Part shown: one piece after another, positions 1-11,792 of the stretch | Layout: each line of letters begins with the position of its first letter | Position numbering within the stretch: the stretch's first letter is position 1 | NCBI RefSeq assembly: GCF_964355755.1 | Contig: NC_092673.1 | Location: forward strand, 2,790,001 to 2,854,000 | Length of the DNA: 64,000 nt | DNA from: Antedon mediterranea | Taxonomy: Eukaryota; Animalia; Echinodermata | Direction: 5' to 3' | Notes under the pieces: generated by a model | The model's database searches: none | What the model was told of the DNA's origin: nothing | Seen by the model: only the letters and a program-made list of their open reading frames with translations | Program-made: the position numbers and the translations under genes

Positions 1-79
1 TCTCTCGATTAACAAAATGTGGACCAAGAATATGTTTTAAATGTTTATTGTGAAATAATGTCAGTAAATAAAGGCTAAT

Positions 80-2841
80 ATGACACGAAAGTGTTTAATA
101 ATTATTCTATGTGGTATTCCAGCAGTAGGAAAATCAACGTTCGCAATAGATTTATTAGAAAAATTAAAAACCAATGATGCTGATGAGCTTAGAAAAGTAG
201 CCACTACGTGGGTTTGTTTTGATGATATTATCCCAAACGATGGTCTTGATGTAGAGTATCTGGTGTCAAATCCAAACGATGTAAGGGCCTAGAGTTTTTA
301 CTAATTTATTAGTAAAAAATGTGTATGATATTAATGCATAATATAATAATATAATACTGCTTTACTGTTCGGGAGATGCGGAGCATTGTTTGTAATATCC
401 TTCGTGATTCGTAATATCCTTCGTAATTCGTAATATTGCAGGATCCTTCAGATGAGATGTTGAGCAGTTCAAACAACCATGTATGCATGTGAAAAATAAA
501 CTTTCATACTAATATTATTTAATCAGTATTTTTAAAATGTTCTATTATCTGGTTACAGGAATCAAAGCGTCATGGGATTTGGAAAGAATATCGAATAAGT
601 ATACTAAGAACAGTTGATGAGATTATATCCAAGATTGTTAAAGATGGTGCGCCACTATTGACTGAACAACCAGAACAAGATGATGGAACGGACAATATTT
701 ATAAATATGTACGAACGAAAGTCCAGAAGCAGTTCAAATCAAGCTTACAAAAATTTCTCAAAACGAATGGATGTAGTTGTAGTGACAGTAAAGATGAAAA
801 TTATGAGATGGGGACATTTTTGGATCAAGATGTTTTAAATAATACCAATTTTATCTTTATTTTAGATGATAATTTTTATTACAAAAGTATGAGATATCAA
901 TATTTTCAAATTTGTAAAAAATGTAAGTATAGTACATACAATGTTAACTTTTGACTTATAATTATTTTAAAGTAAGAAAAATCATTTTCTCAACACTTTA
1001 TCTTCTTTTTTGGTTTCAGATAGTATTTCTTTTTGTCAGATTCAAATTAATTGTCCACTAGAAGTTGCTGTCATCAGGAATCGCTCACGAAGAAGCAGAG
1101 TTGCAGATGACACAATCATTGACATGGCAACTAGATTTGAAGCACTAAGTGGCAGCGGCAAAGATTCCTGGGAAATGATGTCAATTGAAATAGATGGCAG
1201 TAAAGAACTGACTGAAGACACTTGGTAATTCAGGCAATCAATGCATACTGCACATAATTATTTTCACACAATGCTTTGGTTTTGTCATTCTTTACAATTG
1301 CACACCGTCTAAACTCTTAACATTAACAATCTTTCGCATAGCATATGAATGATGTAATTTCCACCTAGTTCGAGCCTTGTGGTTGTAACGCTTTAGAGAA
1401 AATTTATTTAAGTGCTATACAAAAGACAATTAGTATTATTTAATCCAATCCAACTTTGGATACTTAGCGAGAATATATTAAATGGGTGTGCTACTGTACA
1501 CCTAGGTTTATTGTTATCATTACCATACCCAGTCTGTCTAAACCTAACCCTAAAGATAATCTCAGCCATTTGAACAATCTTCTGCAATAAAACATATTTA
1601 CATAGAAAATTAGTATTAAGTATGTGTGTATGTAGTATGTCTTCATGTAGTTTTCTTTGTTCCAATTATTTTTGTATAGGCTTACTGTTTTTGCATTGGT
1701 ACAAAAAGCATGGTCTCATCCAGTACCACCAGTTGAAGTTGAAGACCATCTACAAAAAGTCTGTTTAGAAATTATATTATAAGATTATTATCAGATTTGA
1801 ATTAAATATGAGTGGAGTTGTGGCTTGGTGGTTATGATGCTTGGCTACCAATCCAAGGGTCCTGGGTTCGAATCCTGTCATAAATCACAAATTACAACTG
1901 CACTCACAAAGACTTGTAATAAGACTTTGTGTATGGGAGCATCTTGTGTATTTGTGTCTTACAAAACAATATAATTAATTTAAAGTTAAATGATAGTGAT
2001 GTTCTTTTAAGGTTTTCCTCCAATCTAATTATTTTTCATATCTTTCAAACTTAAAGGAACTCAACTTATTGAGATTCAAAACAATATGTATTAAATGTAA
2101 ATTGAAAAGAGTGATGCCATTTAGATATTCAAATTCTTGTATTTAATTTTTGCAATTTCAGGAGGAAAGCAGACTCGGTTGTTTAAAGAGCATAATCCAC
2201 CAAGGAGATCAAACTCTAAGACGGCTGATTAGTGAGAAGATGAAGATGAATAAAGGTTAGTATTATCTATGGATTGGTTCAAGATGCTTCATTCAGTAAT
2301 CATAGGATTATAAATTAGATGTTAAAATGTCAGAAATCTCGATACATTCTCATTATTTAAAATATTGATTTGATAAATGTTATACAACATTAATGACAAT
2401 TTTGATGATGGATTCCAAAAATTGATATTTTTAATTATTTAAAAAAAATATATTTGAATTTCTATATTTTTGCAATAAAATTCATTTTGTAATATGTATT
2501 TTTATACAGGATAACATAAATTGTTATATCATCACTTTGCAAAGGAGCGAAAATATTCCGTAACAAGTATATTCACGTTTTCACAACAAAAAGCCCCCTC
2601 AAATGTTCTGTCTTTAACCCTTCAGGAAATAATAAATATGATGTAACTTGCCTTTATAGAAGAGGGAATGCCTAAATCACAGATGAAAGTACAATCGTTG
2701 AAACTAAACCAGGCCAGACAAGAAATCTTGGAATCACTACGAGAAGGCACATTAACACCCCAATTATCAGATGACTGGGATATCGAAAATAAGTTGCGTG
2801 CAATTTTTAATCAACATCTTGACGAACATAAGAAAGTTTAA
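80..2841 (+). CDS. PSTK: L-seryl-tRNA(Sec) kinase (phosphoseryl-tRNA kinase), 6 coding exons
   Basis: Exons 80-280, 559-922, 1020-1224, 1680-1758, 2162-2255 and 2660-2841 join in frame at GT-AG sites. Motifs: P-loop LCGIPAVGKST, CFDDII, FILDDNFYYKSMRYQYFQ, CPLEVAVIRNRSR and C-terminal IIHQGDQTLRRLIS, all typical of eukaryotic PSTK. Confidence 0.9.
1810..1962 (+). mobile_element. tRNA-derived SINE, 5' part
   Basis: Pol III A-box-like TGGCTTGGTGG and B-box GGTTCGAATCC, followed by a body (gacttgtaataagactttg...gagcatcttgtgtat) shared with copies at 59807-60040 (+) and 10280-10375 (-). Confidence 0.7.
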
Positions 2842-2941
2842 ATGAACAGTTTTCAAAATAATTATTCAATATCGGCTGTTCTCAAATTTTTGTCTGGCTA
2901 TTATTTTCATTATGATCCAGAGTCCTTGTTTTCAACCATAA

Positions 2942-3120
2942 GGGAGCTTTCGAAATAGCAACACGGGTTAGTAGAGACACGCAAGTCAGAAACAACCCTG
3001 CATTGCCTTCCTCCAGGCAATGGCAAATCGCTGAAATTTTCTTGTATCCGCATGCGCATTATAAATTGCATGCTCGGTTGCGTGTCGCACACCGTCACGT
3101 TACCCGTTTCGAAAGCTCCC
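2942..3120. mobile_element. MITE with GGGAGCTTTCGAAA terminal inverted repeats (PIF/Harbinger-like)
   Basis: GGGAGCTTTCGAAA at 2942 and TTTCGAAAGCTCCC ending at 3120. Flanks are TAA and CAA, and the interior is GC-richer than the surroundings. Confidence 0.6.
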
Positions 3121-3269
3121 CAAGTCGTCTTCAAATATTCTTCATTAACTGACTTAAAACTAGGATGTACAAATGATAAATATTAATTAACATTGTCACT
3201 TTTATAATAAATTTATTATTTCAAAACAAAATATTGATGGATCGGCTAGTGTATACAATTGCAATACTG

Positions 3270-3362
3270 ACCTTTTATTTCAATGACTTAAGGAGCTTAA
3301 TTGCTTTTTATTTCAATGACTTAAGGAACACACTTGCCCCTTTTTTTCAATGACTTAAGGCT
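3270..3362. repeat. Three imperfect ~30-35 bp tandem copies of ttttatttcaatgacttaagg
   Basis: Direct repeats visible at about 3273, 3305 and 3342. Confidence 0.7.
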
Positions 3363-3711
3363 CTCGCTTGGATTTTTGTTGTGGAGATCACATAGCAAAC
3401 TACACCAATTTTTAATGAAAAATCAAAATATGATGTGTTGGTTTATCATTTAAGATAAACTTTAAAAAAGAAACAAACAAAAGAAAAATTATTGTTTTTT
3501 TTTAAATGGAAGTTCATTAAATAATGAGGCAGATACATAGAAATTATAAAGTAAAGCCTTTTTAAACCCTGTACTTTTAAAAGTACTGAAGGCCATAGCA
3601 ACGGTCACAGCAACCAAAGTGTTTCAGTTGACCACTGGACAAAGGAGATAGATGGAGGTAGGCTTAGAAAACAAGAATTTAAAACTACTATGATGATGAA
3701 GTCAGTCAGTT

Positions 3712-3848
3712 AAGCTATGTCTACACTATCAAACTTTATGTGACAAAAAATTTGATGTGCCCATATATGGCCATGCTGATATCATATTACTACTATATTT
3801 GGGAATATCACTACCATATTTGGGTATTTTTAGTGTAGACAGAGCTTT
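3712..3848. mobile_element. Copy of the dominant ~160 bp MITE family (TIR AGCTCTGTCTACACTATCAAAC)
   Basis: Terminal inverted repeats enclose internal atatcactaccatatttggg repeats. At least 13 full or partial copies: about 3712, 9048, 14349, 25148, 30073, 33232, 39596, 41719, 42140, 43863, 44190, 57931 and 63943. Flanks are mostly TAA/TTA. Confidence 0.85.
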
Positions 3849-4199
3849 ACAGGTTGCTATATCATGTGTATCGTTCCCTCAAATAGATAATAGATATCAT
3901 GCATCCTTACGAGGCCTTCGTAGCAATATTGTTGTTTGGGTATGAACATGGAATTGAACCCAAACATTTGTGGTTAAGAAATTAGCACCAAGCTACAGCT
4001 GCTACTCTAAATAAACCGGATATTTCAACCAGATATTTTAACCGGATATTTTCAGACTTAATCAGTCAATCATCATGAAACCTCATGTCATGTCTATTAA
4101 CATTTTGTTTCATTCAACTGAAAGGACTTAAATTCAATAAATGCGCCACATAGCTTATTTATATAACTTGATTTGACCTTTGACACTCGACATTGTCTT

Positions 4200-7100
4200 C
4201 TACATTATTCCATGTTTCTCTTTATACCGTCTGAAAAAATAAAAATAATTATTTACATTTTATACATTAGACTATGCCAGGGACTGTAAAATGGAATTAA
4301 AAAAGTTTTCAGTAATAATATATAATGCCCATTTTAACAAAATATATCTTAAAGAAAACAAATATTAAGTTAGATATTTATTACATACCTTCTGGCATTG
4401 TCAAGCAATGCAGATTTTCTTTCTTCAAAAGACTGCATTCGTTCATGCGAGTTTCTACTAAATGTAGCTGCAGCATACTTCGCAGACTGAAATTTAAAGA
4501 AATCTCAATTTCAAGAAACTAAATTCTCAGCCAAACCAGCAAAATTTCTGTTTGAAGTCAATTGGAATGTGAAACCTCCTGTGAGATTATAGTCTATCAT
4601 AGGTTACCTTCATTCTATAATAGTCAAACCCATTTATATACCCCTACTTTAAACATATCTTGGAGACTCTTGTACAAAATGGATCCGTACAAAATGGCGG
4701 CATCTAAACAGAACGAGCTCATAATTTAACCGAAAACCCCAAAAGACTGCAGATATGGGGAACCAACAAAAAAGACCTTGAGACAGTCACGATAACTACT
4801 AGTCGTCCAAAAGTGGTGTCCCTTTAGGACTTTATCGACGTGAAGTACCGGTACAAAATGTTTGAATATACAACTACAATCAACTTAGTTCGTGGCTGTA
4901 AATTGAGCGAATTAATAGATAACCGCAACTATGATCAGATGGTGTCCATATTAACACCATTGAGGACAGAAATCCAGCCACTGGGATACTTGTTTCATAA
5001 ACCTCCTGATGGCAACTGGGGTATGCTTGATGTCCATGGCAAAGAAATGGAGATGGCAGGAGGACTATCCCGAAAACTTAAGCGCGTCTTGCTATACGGC
5101 ATGGATGACATGAATGGAAAAGAAACTATGAGATCGCTAGCCGAAAAAATTATCACCCTATTAAAACTCAACTTTGAGGCCGTACCAACAGGGTCCACAT
5201 CCCACGTGACATGCTTTGCAACCTCAATAATCGCTAAAGATAAAAGGTCTCCATCCTCTTCATCACAAGAAGAAGATTCTGATTCACCAGAATTCAAAGG
5301 ACATGTTTTGCCCGATCCATCATCGTCCCCAGTAACTACCCGTCCCAGATTGTCCTCATCTAAATCGAGTGACAGTGATGAGTTGGAGGCACATATCTCC
5401 ACTCCCGACGTTCTCATTTTCAATTGGCAACAACTTGGCAAACCAATGAAAGTAAAGCTGGTTGTTTCGGTGAAAAAAGGTGATACGGATGGTGTCGCTG
5501 ATCTTATAAAACCACTATTATCCAGATTGCCTTACCAAGGAGATAATTGGATCTTCGGACTGCATATAAATACGATGACAGCAACCATATGTGGAGTCGA
5601 GCATAAACTCCGGAATGACGAGACATGGACAGGGAACCCAGTTAATGTTTACGTTTCCTCACCTATCTTCTTCAAAACGGTAATGCAGGCCTTCAGTATA
5701 GAACGCTTCTGGGAGATGATATTGCACATTGGTACTATACTTACAAACTGAACTAAATACAAACCCCTTTATGTATACATGTATGTGTACTGTATAAATG
5801 TCATAGCCAATCTCACTCTGTTCGAAACTGATTTATAAAATCCATTTGTATGCCATTTGTACTGATAAGTTTGCCATCAATAGCCTATGTACGCTAACAC
5901 AATCTATGATCATTACATAAAAGTGGGTTTTTTATTAGAATGGGGCAAGTCTTACCGTCTTGATTTTAATTTTTGTAGTTAAGTGTTTGCATAATTTAAT
6001 TGATTTTGATATATTTGAATACCTTACAATTAATTCTCGGTATCCAGAGTCCCTCACCTTTAAACACATGTATGCTAGAACTAATGCATTTTAATACTCC
6101 CTGTTTGTTAATTTCCCTCGAATATGGGAATGTATCCCGCATGAAGTTCGTAACAAAGTCCTGTTTAACTTTGGGGGGTTTAGAAGGGATTTGAAAAAAT
6201 GTATTACTGATATTGAATTCATCTAGACTATCTCTGTGTTTTTATGTCTATTGCGTTTTTCGTACTATTAGTTGGGAATGCCACTCGACAGTGCAGTTCT
6301 TTTGAACTGATCCACTTTTGGTTACCCGCAGGTGCTGATAGTACTTTTGTTCTGTTTTGTTGAATGATGCCGTACCTTGTTTATGATTTTTGTATGTTAC
6401 CTGGAAATTGAATAAAATAAAAAAAAAATATATATTCCAGTATGCAAATTTGTTCGCGTGAATCAAAAAATACATGCGTATTCATGTTTCCATCTTCCAA
6501 ATCACCCTCTGTGACGAAGTCTAGTTTCTAGAGTTTTTCGCTTCAGTGAAATTGGTAAATTGGTAGTGCAAATTGTTTCTACTCTTTGTGAAGCGAAAAA
6601 TTGCGCAACCAATCAGAGCTCATGAAATGAGCTTTGACACGTTCATGAGCACTCATGTGAATCAAAAAGCTCATCAGACATGCCATGAACATAAAAATTG
6701 CTATTCGTTCTTCTAGTTGAAAAGGGTAGCGCAATTTTTTTCCAATGCGAAACGGTTGCGAATGTGTTAGGATGTTCAGAAATTAAATAAACTATTTTAA
6801 AAACGTTTTTATTAGCCTTACCCCAGGTGGTACTATAGGTGGTTTCGAATCTTTTTGACTAGATGACAAAGGACTGGACAAAGACTCGGGTGTATATGTA
6901 ACTCTTTTTTCTAGTATATTTGAAATTGTTGTATCAATGCTATCTGTTCGAGCTGAAATGTAAAAAATTAATTAATATTAGTTACATGTTAATAGTTGAC
7001 TTATTTTATCACCAACATTGTTTGACTAGATAAATAACATTTGTTCGGTTGTTTAGATACCTTTACATGTGTTGTCTCCCTAAAAAAATTATTAACATTT

Positions 7101-10100
7101 TTGTTGTTGAACATGCCATTTTAATGTAACATAATCATTATTCACTTTGGTTAAATGTAACTGTTTATTTTGTCTTTTTATAAGTGAAATTTTAGAAATC
7201 TTTATTTTTCAGGATTTTAGAGGACAATTCATCTTTAAAGTATATAAAAAATATACAGGCCCGCCCTAGCCGGGCGGGGCCGGCCTAGCCTAGCCGGGCG
7301 GGGCCGGCCTAGCCTAGCCGGGCGGGGCCGGCCTAGCCTAGCCGGGCGGGGCCGGCCTAGCCTAGCCAGGCGGGGCCGGTCCAAGCCTATACCTATATCC
7401 TGTAATATAACTTGAATGGGAACATCAACTAAAACTTCTTTAACTTGTTTAGCCATTTTATGTTGACGTGAAGTGGCTTCAATTTTGTTTTCTGTTAGTC
7501 TTGCTCCTGAATGTTTCAAAAAGAAAATCAGAATAATTAAATTATTTATACAGTAATGTTAATAATAATTTCTTTTGGGCTTGAATATAAAATAATTGTT
7601 TTGACATTTTATGTCAACACTCTGCTCCTTAATATGACACTGATCTTGTTTTGTTCACATTTCTCAATGCTAACCTGATGGATGTTGAAACAACATTCTT
7701 TTTGCATACGCTACTTTATCGGCACTTGTATGATTGGTTGCCAGAATCTTTAATTTTTCTGCCATTATTGTCTGTACCTTATGGGCAAATTCATCAACGC
7801 TATGAGATTCCTCTTTATGAATAACTGGTAAAAATCTGCAAAGACATTCAAATTATTAGATAATCAGCAAGGAGGCACCAGATTGACACTGTATAACAGA
7901 ATTTGACTATGATATAGGAGTCACATACATATGTGACACTGTATAACAGAATTTGACTATGATATAGGAGTCACATACATATGTGACACTGTATCACAGA
8001 ATTTGACTATGATATAGGAGTCACATATATACAGTATGTGACACTGTATCACAGAATTTGCCTATGATACTGGGGCACATACAAACAATTTATCACTTGT
8101 CATCATTTTGTAAAATATGCTCTTACTTTAAATGAATAACTGTCACAGGAACAAAGAAAAACCAACAGATATCCTGCCACCATCGACTACCCAACACTTC
8201 TAAGCTGACTGGAAATAATGGACGTGTAGCGGTAACTAGCACTGGCTGGACTGGTTGGTCAAGTGAAAATGACCATGAGCTACAGTATATACAAGAAAAA
8301 CGGATTTACCCTTTAAAATGATAGAGCTACAGTTTTGATATTGAACTAAACACCTGATAAGTGAGATAACTACTAATATTTTATTTAATCAATATAGTCT
8401 ACCTACCTATATTTAAGTAAACCATGTGTTCCATTAGTAACAGCACCCTCTGGAAAGCTGAGGATTGGCAGTTTCTTTGTTAGACAATGTTGTTTTACAT
8501 TTTGAATTAGAATGTCTCTACCTTGCTTGGCTCCCATCTCCTTGAATCCAAGAAGCCATGTTAAAACTGAGGGGAGATTCCATACACTTGGCTAAAACAG
8601 TAAAACAAGAAGCATGTAACAAGCACTTAACTTATATTTGCCTCTCTCCACCCAGGTGTATAAAATTGGTACCGGTTAGATCAAGACACAACTTTGCGCT
8701 GATTACTAGCTGCATTATTATGGGAGTATGTTTCCATGTGTGTTTTATCCAAAAAATTAATGGGGTAATAATGTGCAGTGCATTGAGAGCTTGCTTATAT
8801 GCGCTATATAAAAATAGTTAGACATGCACAGTAGTTCCCCTATATGAGGGGACACCACTGAAAAGGGGTTGGCTGTAGTGTAAAAATATATATTCTGTGT
8901 CTTCCCTGAATGTGGATGTTCTGAGACATGCATTTAACTTCCTTGTGAAGAGTTAAAATCTGTCTCATTTCGTACTGGTCAGTAATTCCACCTCACCTTG
9001 AAAATATTGAATTAACAAAATAAATGCTGCTATTACCATTTACTGTAAAGCTTTGTCTACACTATCAAACTAGTTTGATAAAAAAGTGTTCTCAAATAGG
9101 GTAGTGATATGCCCAAATATGGTAGTGATATAACATCATCATGTCCATATATGGGCACATCACATTTGGTTGTCACATAAAGTTTGATAGTGTAGACAGA
9201 GCTTTAGGACCACCACATTTGCATAAAAAAAAACCACTTACGATTACAGAAGGCAAGATAAGGTCAATAGCGGCATGATCTAACGTTGAAACGTGATTGG
9301 CCACAATAACTTTTGAATTTGGATCACAATTTTCAATCCCTTCTTGAGTAACACACAAGCCAAGAACAAGAGAAAAGACACGCAAAACAAACCTAAGACA
9401 AAATATATCAAATACAAATTTATTGTGTGTTTTAAATTTATTTCATTTTTTTTATATGCCATTTTAATGTAAAATAATAGTTACTCACTTTTACCTGAAA
9501 AAAATGTAATTTAAACCAAAAATACTTAAATTGTCTGTCAAACAATGGTTAACGTTTCTCTTGTCTTTTTCTAAGTGAAATAAATATTTTGTTGTCATTT
9601 TCTAAGTGAAATAAATCATTTTTGTTGTTTTTATTACAGAAGTAAACTGCAAAATGGCCTATTTAAAGTCTGAATTATTAATCTTCATTTTTCATGTTTT
9701 TGTTTGTTCTTTAAATAGTGTTTTAGTTTTGAATAAATTTAAAAATTTCAATTTCTACTTAATTAGTATTAGTATTTAATTGTTACTTGTTAATCAGTTC
9801 TGAGAGTCACTTGTTGCAACATTTCAAATCAGTATTTGCTCCTGGTAAACTAAAAAATATAGATATAAAGTTTGCGGTACACCACGTATATTAGTTCTGA
9901 AAAGAACTGTTGAGTTTCTCGAGAGGACGATCAAAGCATATTGATCGAAACGTAGAGAAACTCAACAGTTCTTTTCAGAACTAATATACGCAGTGTACCG
10001 CAAACTCTATATCAACATTTGATACTAAAAAATGTTTTTGTTAACTTAGCAAATAATGTAACTATTATTATTGTTATTGGTTAAATACTTACGCTCTTAT

Positions 10101-11029
10101 TGGAGAAGACTTTGGAAGAATACAAGAGATGAGGAATGTATGCAATCCAATAAATATTCTAATAGTCACCAGAAAAAGACCAACTGGAAAGTATGGAACC
10201 AATAGGTATGCTACTAATCCACTTGGAAACCTATACAAAAATGCATTTCAAAATATATACTTATGTTTACTTTACTTTACTTGCTAAGGATAACCATAAG
10301 CGAATTAATTCATTATCCTGCTTAAAGGTGGCAATCCTGTTCACAAGACAACATATACACAAGATGCTCTATATAATATAAACATAGAATTAAAACTGAC
10401 TCCAAATAACGAGAGGCAAGCCATGATTTGGAGTTAGTATATACTATGTGTTATTTAAACCTAATCAGTGCATCTATTGATATATTCATTCTTATTGATA
10501 TATTAATATTAGTTTGTTGTTTTGTGAATGTTATTGTATGTTTGTTAATAATTAAACCAGAATGATTTAATTGACACAACTGTGGTCATCTTCTCACATT
10601 CCATAGTTGTTTTTTTTATAGGTCACTATGCATACAGTACACTATGTACACAGTGCATTATGTATACCTAATGCAATGCAATATAAAAGGAGAGCATACA
10701 ACTGACCCACTAATTTTATATAGAGCACAATTAGTCAAATTGTATTTTTGTAAGCGTTCCTAATGATCAGCTTTGGCTAGATGGACCACCCTTGTAAAAT
10801 ATTGTTAAAAATAAAATAAATAAATAAACAATATAAATTTTTTTAACGATACAAAGTGGCAATATTTTCTATTTTTCCACCTCCACCATTCTTCTAATTT
10901 TAATAATAATCACAATAATATTAATAAAGAAAATAATTGACAGATCAATGAATTATAAATAAATTGTATTGAAACCTACCGGTTCCTACTAAACAGATTC
11001 CTGATATCCTCTACACTGTTTGATGTCAT
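4200..11029 (-). CDS. AUP1: Lipid droplet-regulating VLDL assembly factor / ancient ubiquitous protein 1, about 10 coding exons
   Basis: Exons approx. 10980-11029, 10093-10230, 9242-9392, 8407-8591, 8128-8280, 7674-7836, 7393-7507, 6822-6952, 4389-4486 and 4200-4230. N-terminal hairpin YFPVGLFLVTIRIFIGLHTFLISCILP; acyltransferase-like motif VANHVSTLD; CUE domain MAKQVKEVLVDVPIQVILQDIARTDSIDTTISNILE; C-terminal G2BR-like FSRNSHERMQSFEERKSALLDNARRRY. Confidence 0.9.
4858..5751 (+). CDS. Intronless ~297 aa hypothetical protein with a degenerate PD-(D/E)xK-like motif, nested antisense in an AUP1 intron
   Basis: Continuous ORF of about 900 bp in AT-rich DNA, GC-richer than its flanks, lying wholly in AUP1 intron 4487-6821. 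Contains TPDVLIF...KLVVSVKK followed by a helix and IFGLHIN. Confidence 0.5.
   Translation: MFEYTTTINLVRGCKLSELIDNRNYDQMVSILTPLRTEIQPLGYLFHKPPDGNWGMLDVHGKEMEMAGGLSRKLKRVLLYGMDDMNGKETMRSLAEKIITLLKLNFEAVPTGSTSHVTCFATSIIAKDKRSPSSSSQEEDSDSPEFKGHVLPDPSSSPVTTRPRLSSSKSSDSDELEAHISTPDVLIFNWQQLGKPMKVKLVVSVKKGDTDGVADLIKPLLSRLPYQGDNWIFGLHINTMTATICGVEHKLRNDETWTGNPVNVYVSSPIFFKTVMQAFSIERFWEMILHIGTILTN
7258..7380. repeat. GC-rich 24 bp minisatellite (ctagcctagccgggcggggccggc) x about 5
   Basis: Near-perfect tandem units inside an AUP1 intron, about 12 bp from the donor site. Confidence 0.9.
7884..8070. repeat. 50 bp tandem repeat x about 3.7
   Basis: tgacactgtataacagaatttgactatgatataggagtcacatacatatg repeated in an AUP1 intron. 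Confidence 0.9.
8615..8820 (+). mobile_element. SINE fragment with core-domain-like motif and LINE-like tail
   Basis: cctctctccacccaggtgtataaaattggtaccg resembles central cores of invertebrate SINEs. The end (gcattgagagc...gcgctatataaaaat) resembles L2-type 3' tails. Confidence 0.45.
9862..10013. mobile_element. Inverted-repeat Penelope-like terminal relic with a hammerhead-like centre
   Basis: Near-perfect ~59 bp inverted arms (9862-9920 and 9955-10013) around gaggacgatcaaagcatattgatcgaaacgt, which is a stem cgatca/tgatcg followed by GAAA. Confidence 0.55.
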
Positions 11030-11504
11030 TTCAGATCCTTGTACAACACACTCACAACTTTACACTAGAATTAAACAAATTAATACAAATAATAAAGAAG
11101 TTTTGTTGTTCGCAGGAGTTGATGAATAGTGAGCACTTAAAAGCCTTATTTATATGTTAGCAAGAAAGTCTCAGGGCTATGATTACTCTCATGAAGTTTT
11201 ATTGTGGATAATGGTAAGGCTAGGTAATTTTGTTTTGTGTTGAATTCACTAAATCAGAAGTCAGCTTCATGGCGCATGTTCAGTTAAAATAAACCATTGG
11301 GAGGTATATGTGCAACGACGACAAGGAACACTGTTGATAAGCTATTTCATCTTCTTTATTTTTCAATTATTATTAAACAGCTTATTTATTTATGAAAAAC
11401 GATCACTAAAATGGCCTTTTGTATATTCCATGCCCTCTCTCACTCCATGACCAAAGGAACCAGTTTAGTAGGCCCTGGCCCAGGGTCATACTGCCTTATA
11501 CTAA

Positions 11505-11792
11505 TGCACTTGTCAATTGTATGACCCATTATACGACCCCCGGGAGAGGTGCGTCATGTGACCTACCTTTAGTTGACCATGAAGCACCCATTTTGACGCA
11601 CTGTGACCATGTGTTTATGATATTTTTAGTGGTAAAGTGACGGACATTGACACACTATCGTTCATGTCGATGTGTGCGACGATCTTCTAGGTTTTTTGAC
11701 GCACCCCTGCATCAGTAATTATTAGTAAATGACGCACCAATAACGCACCTCTCCCGGGGGTCGTATAGTGGGTCATACAATTGACAAGTGCA
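11505..11792. mobile_element. MITE with ~50 bp TIRs and TAA target duplication
   Basis: TGCACTTGTCAATTGTATGACCCATTATACGACCCCCGGGAGAGGTGCGT at the left and its near-exact reverse complement at the right, with TAA on both sides (Harbinger-type TSD). Confidence 0.8.

Noticed and set aside
1810-1880. tRNA gene, possibly tRNA-Sec, inside PSTK
   Set aside because: A and B boxes are present, but the sequence continues into a dispersed SINE body found elsewhere in the window, and there is no intact cloverleaf.
7235-7392. RPRPARLG repeat peptide
   Set aside because: It is the intronic GC minisatellite read past the AUP1 donor site.
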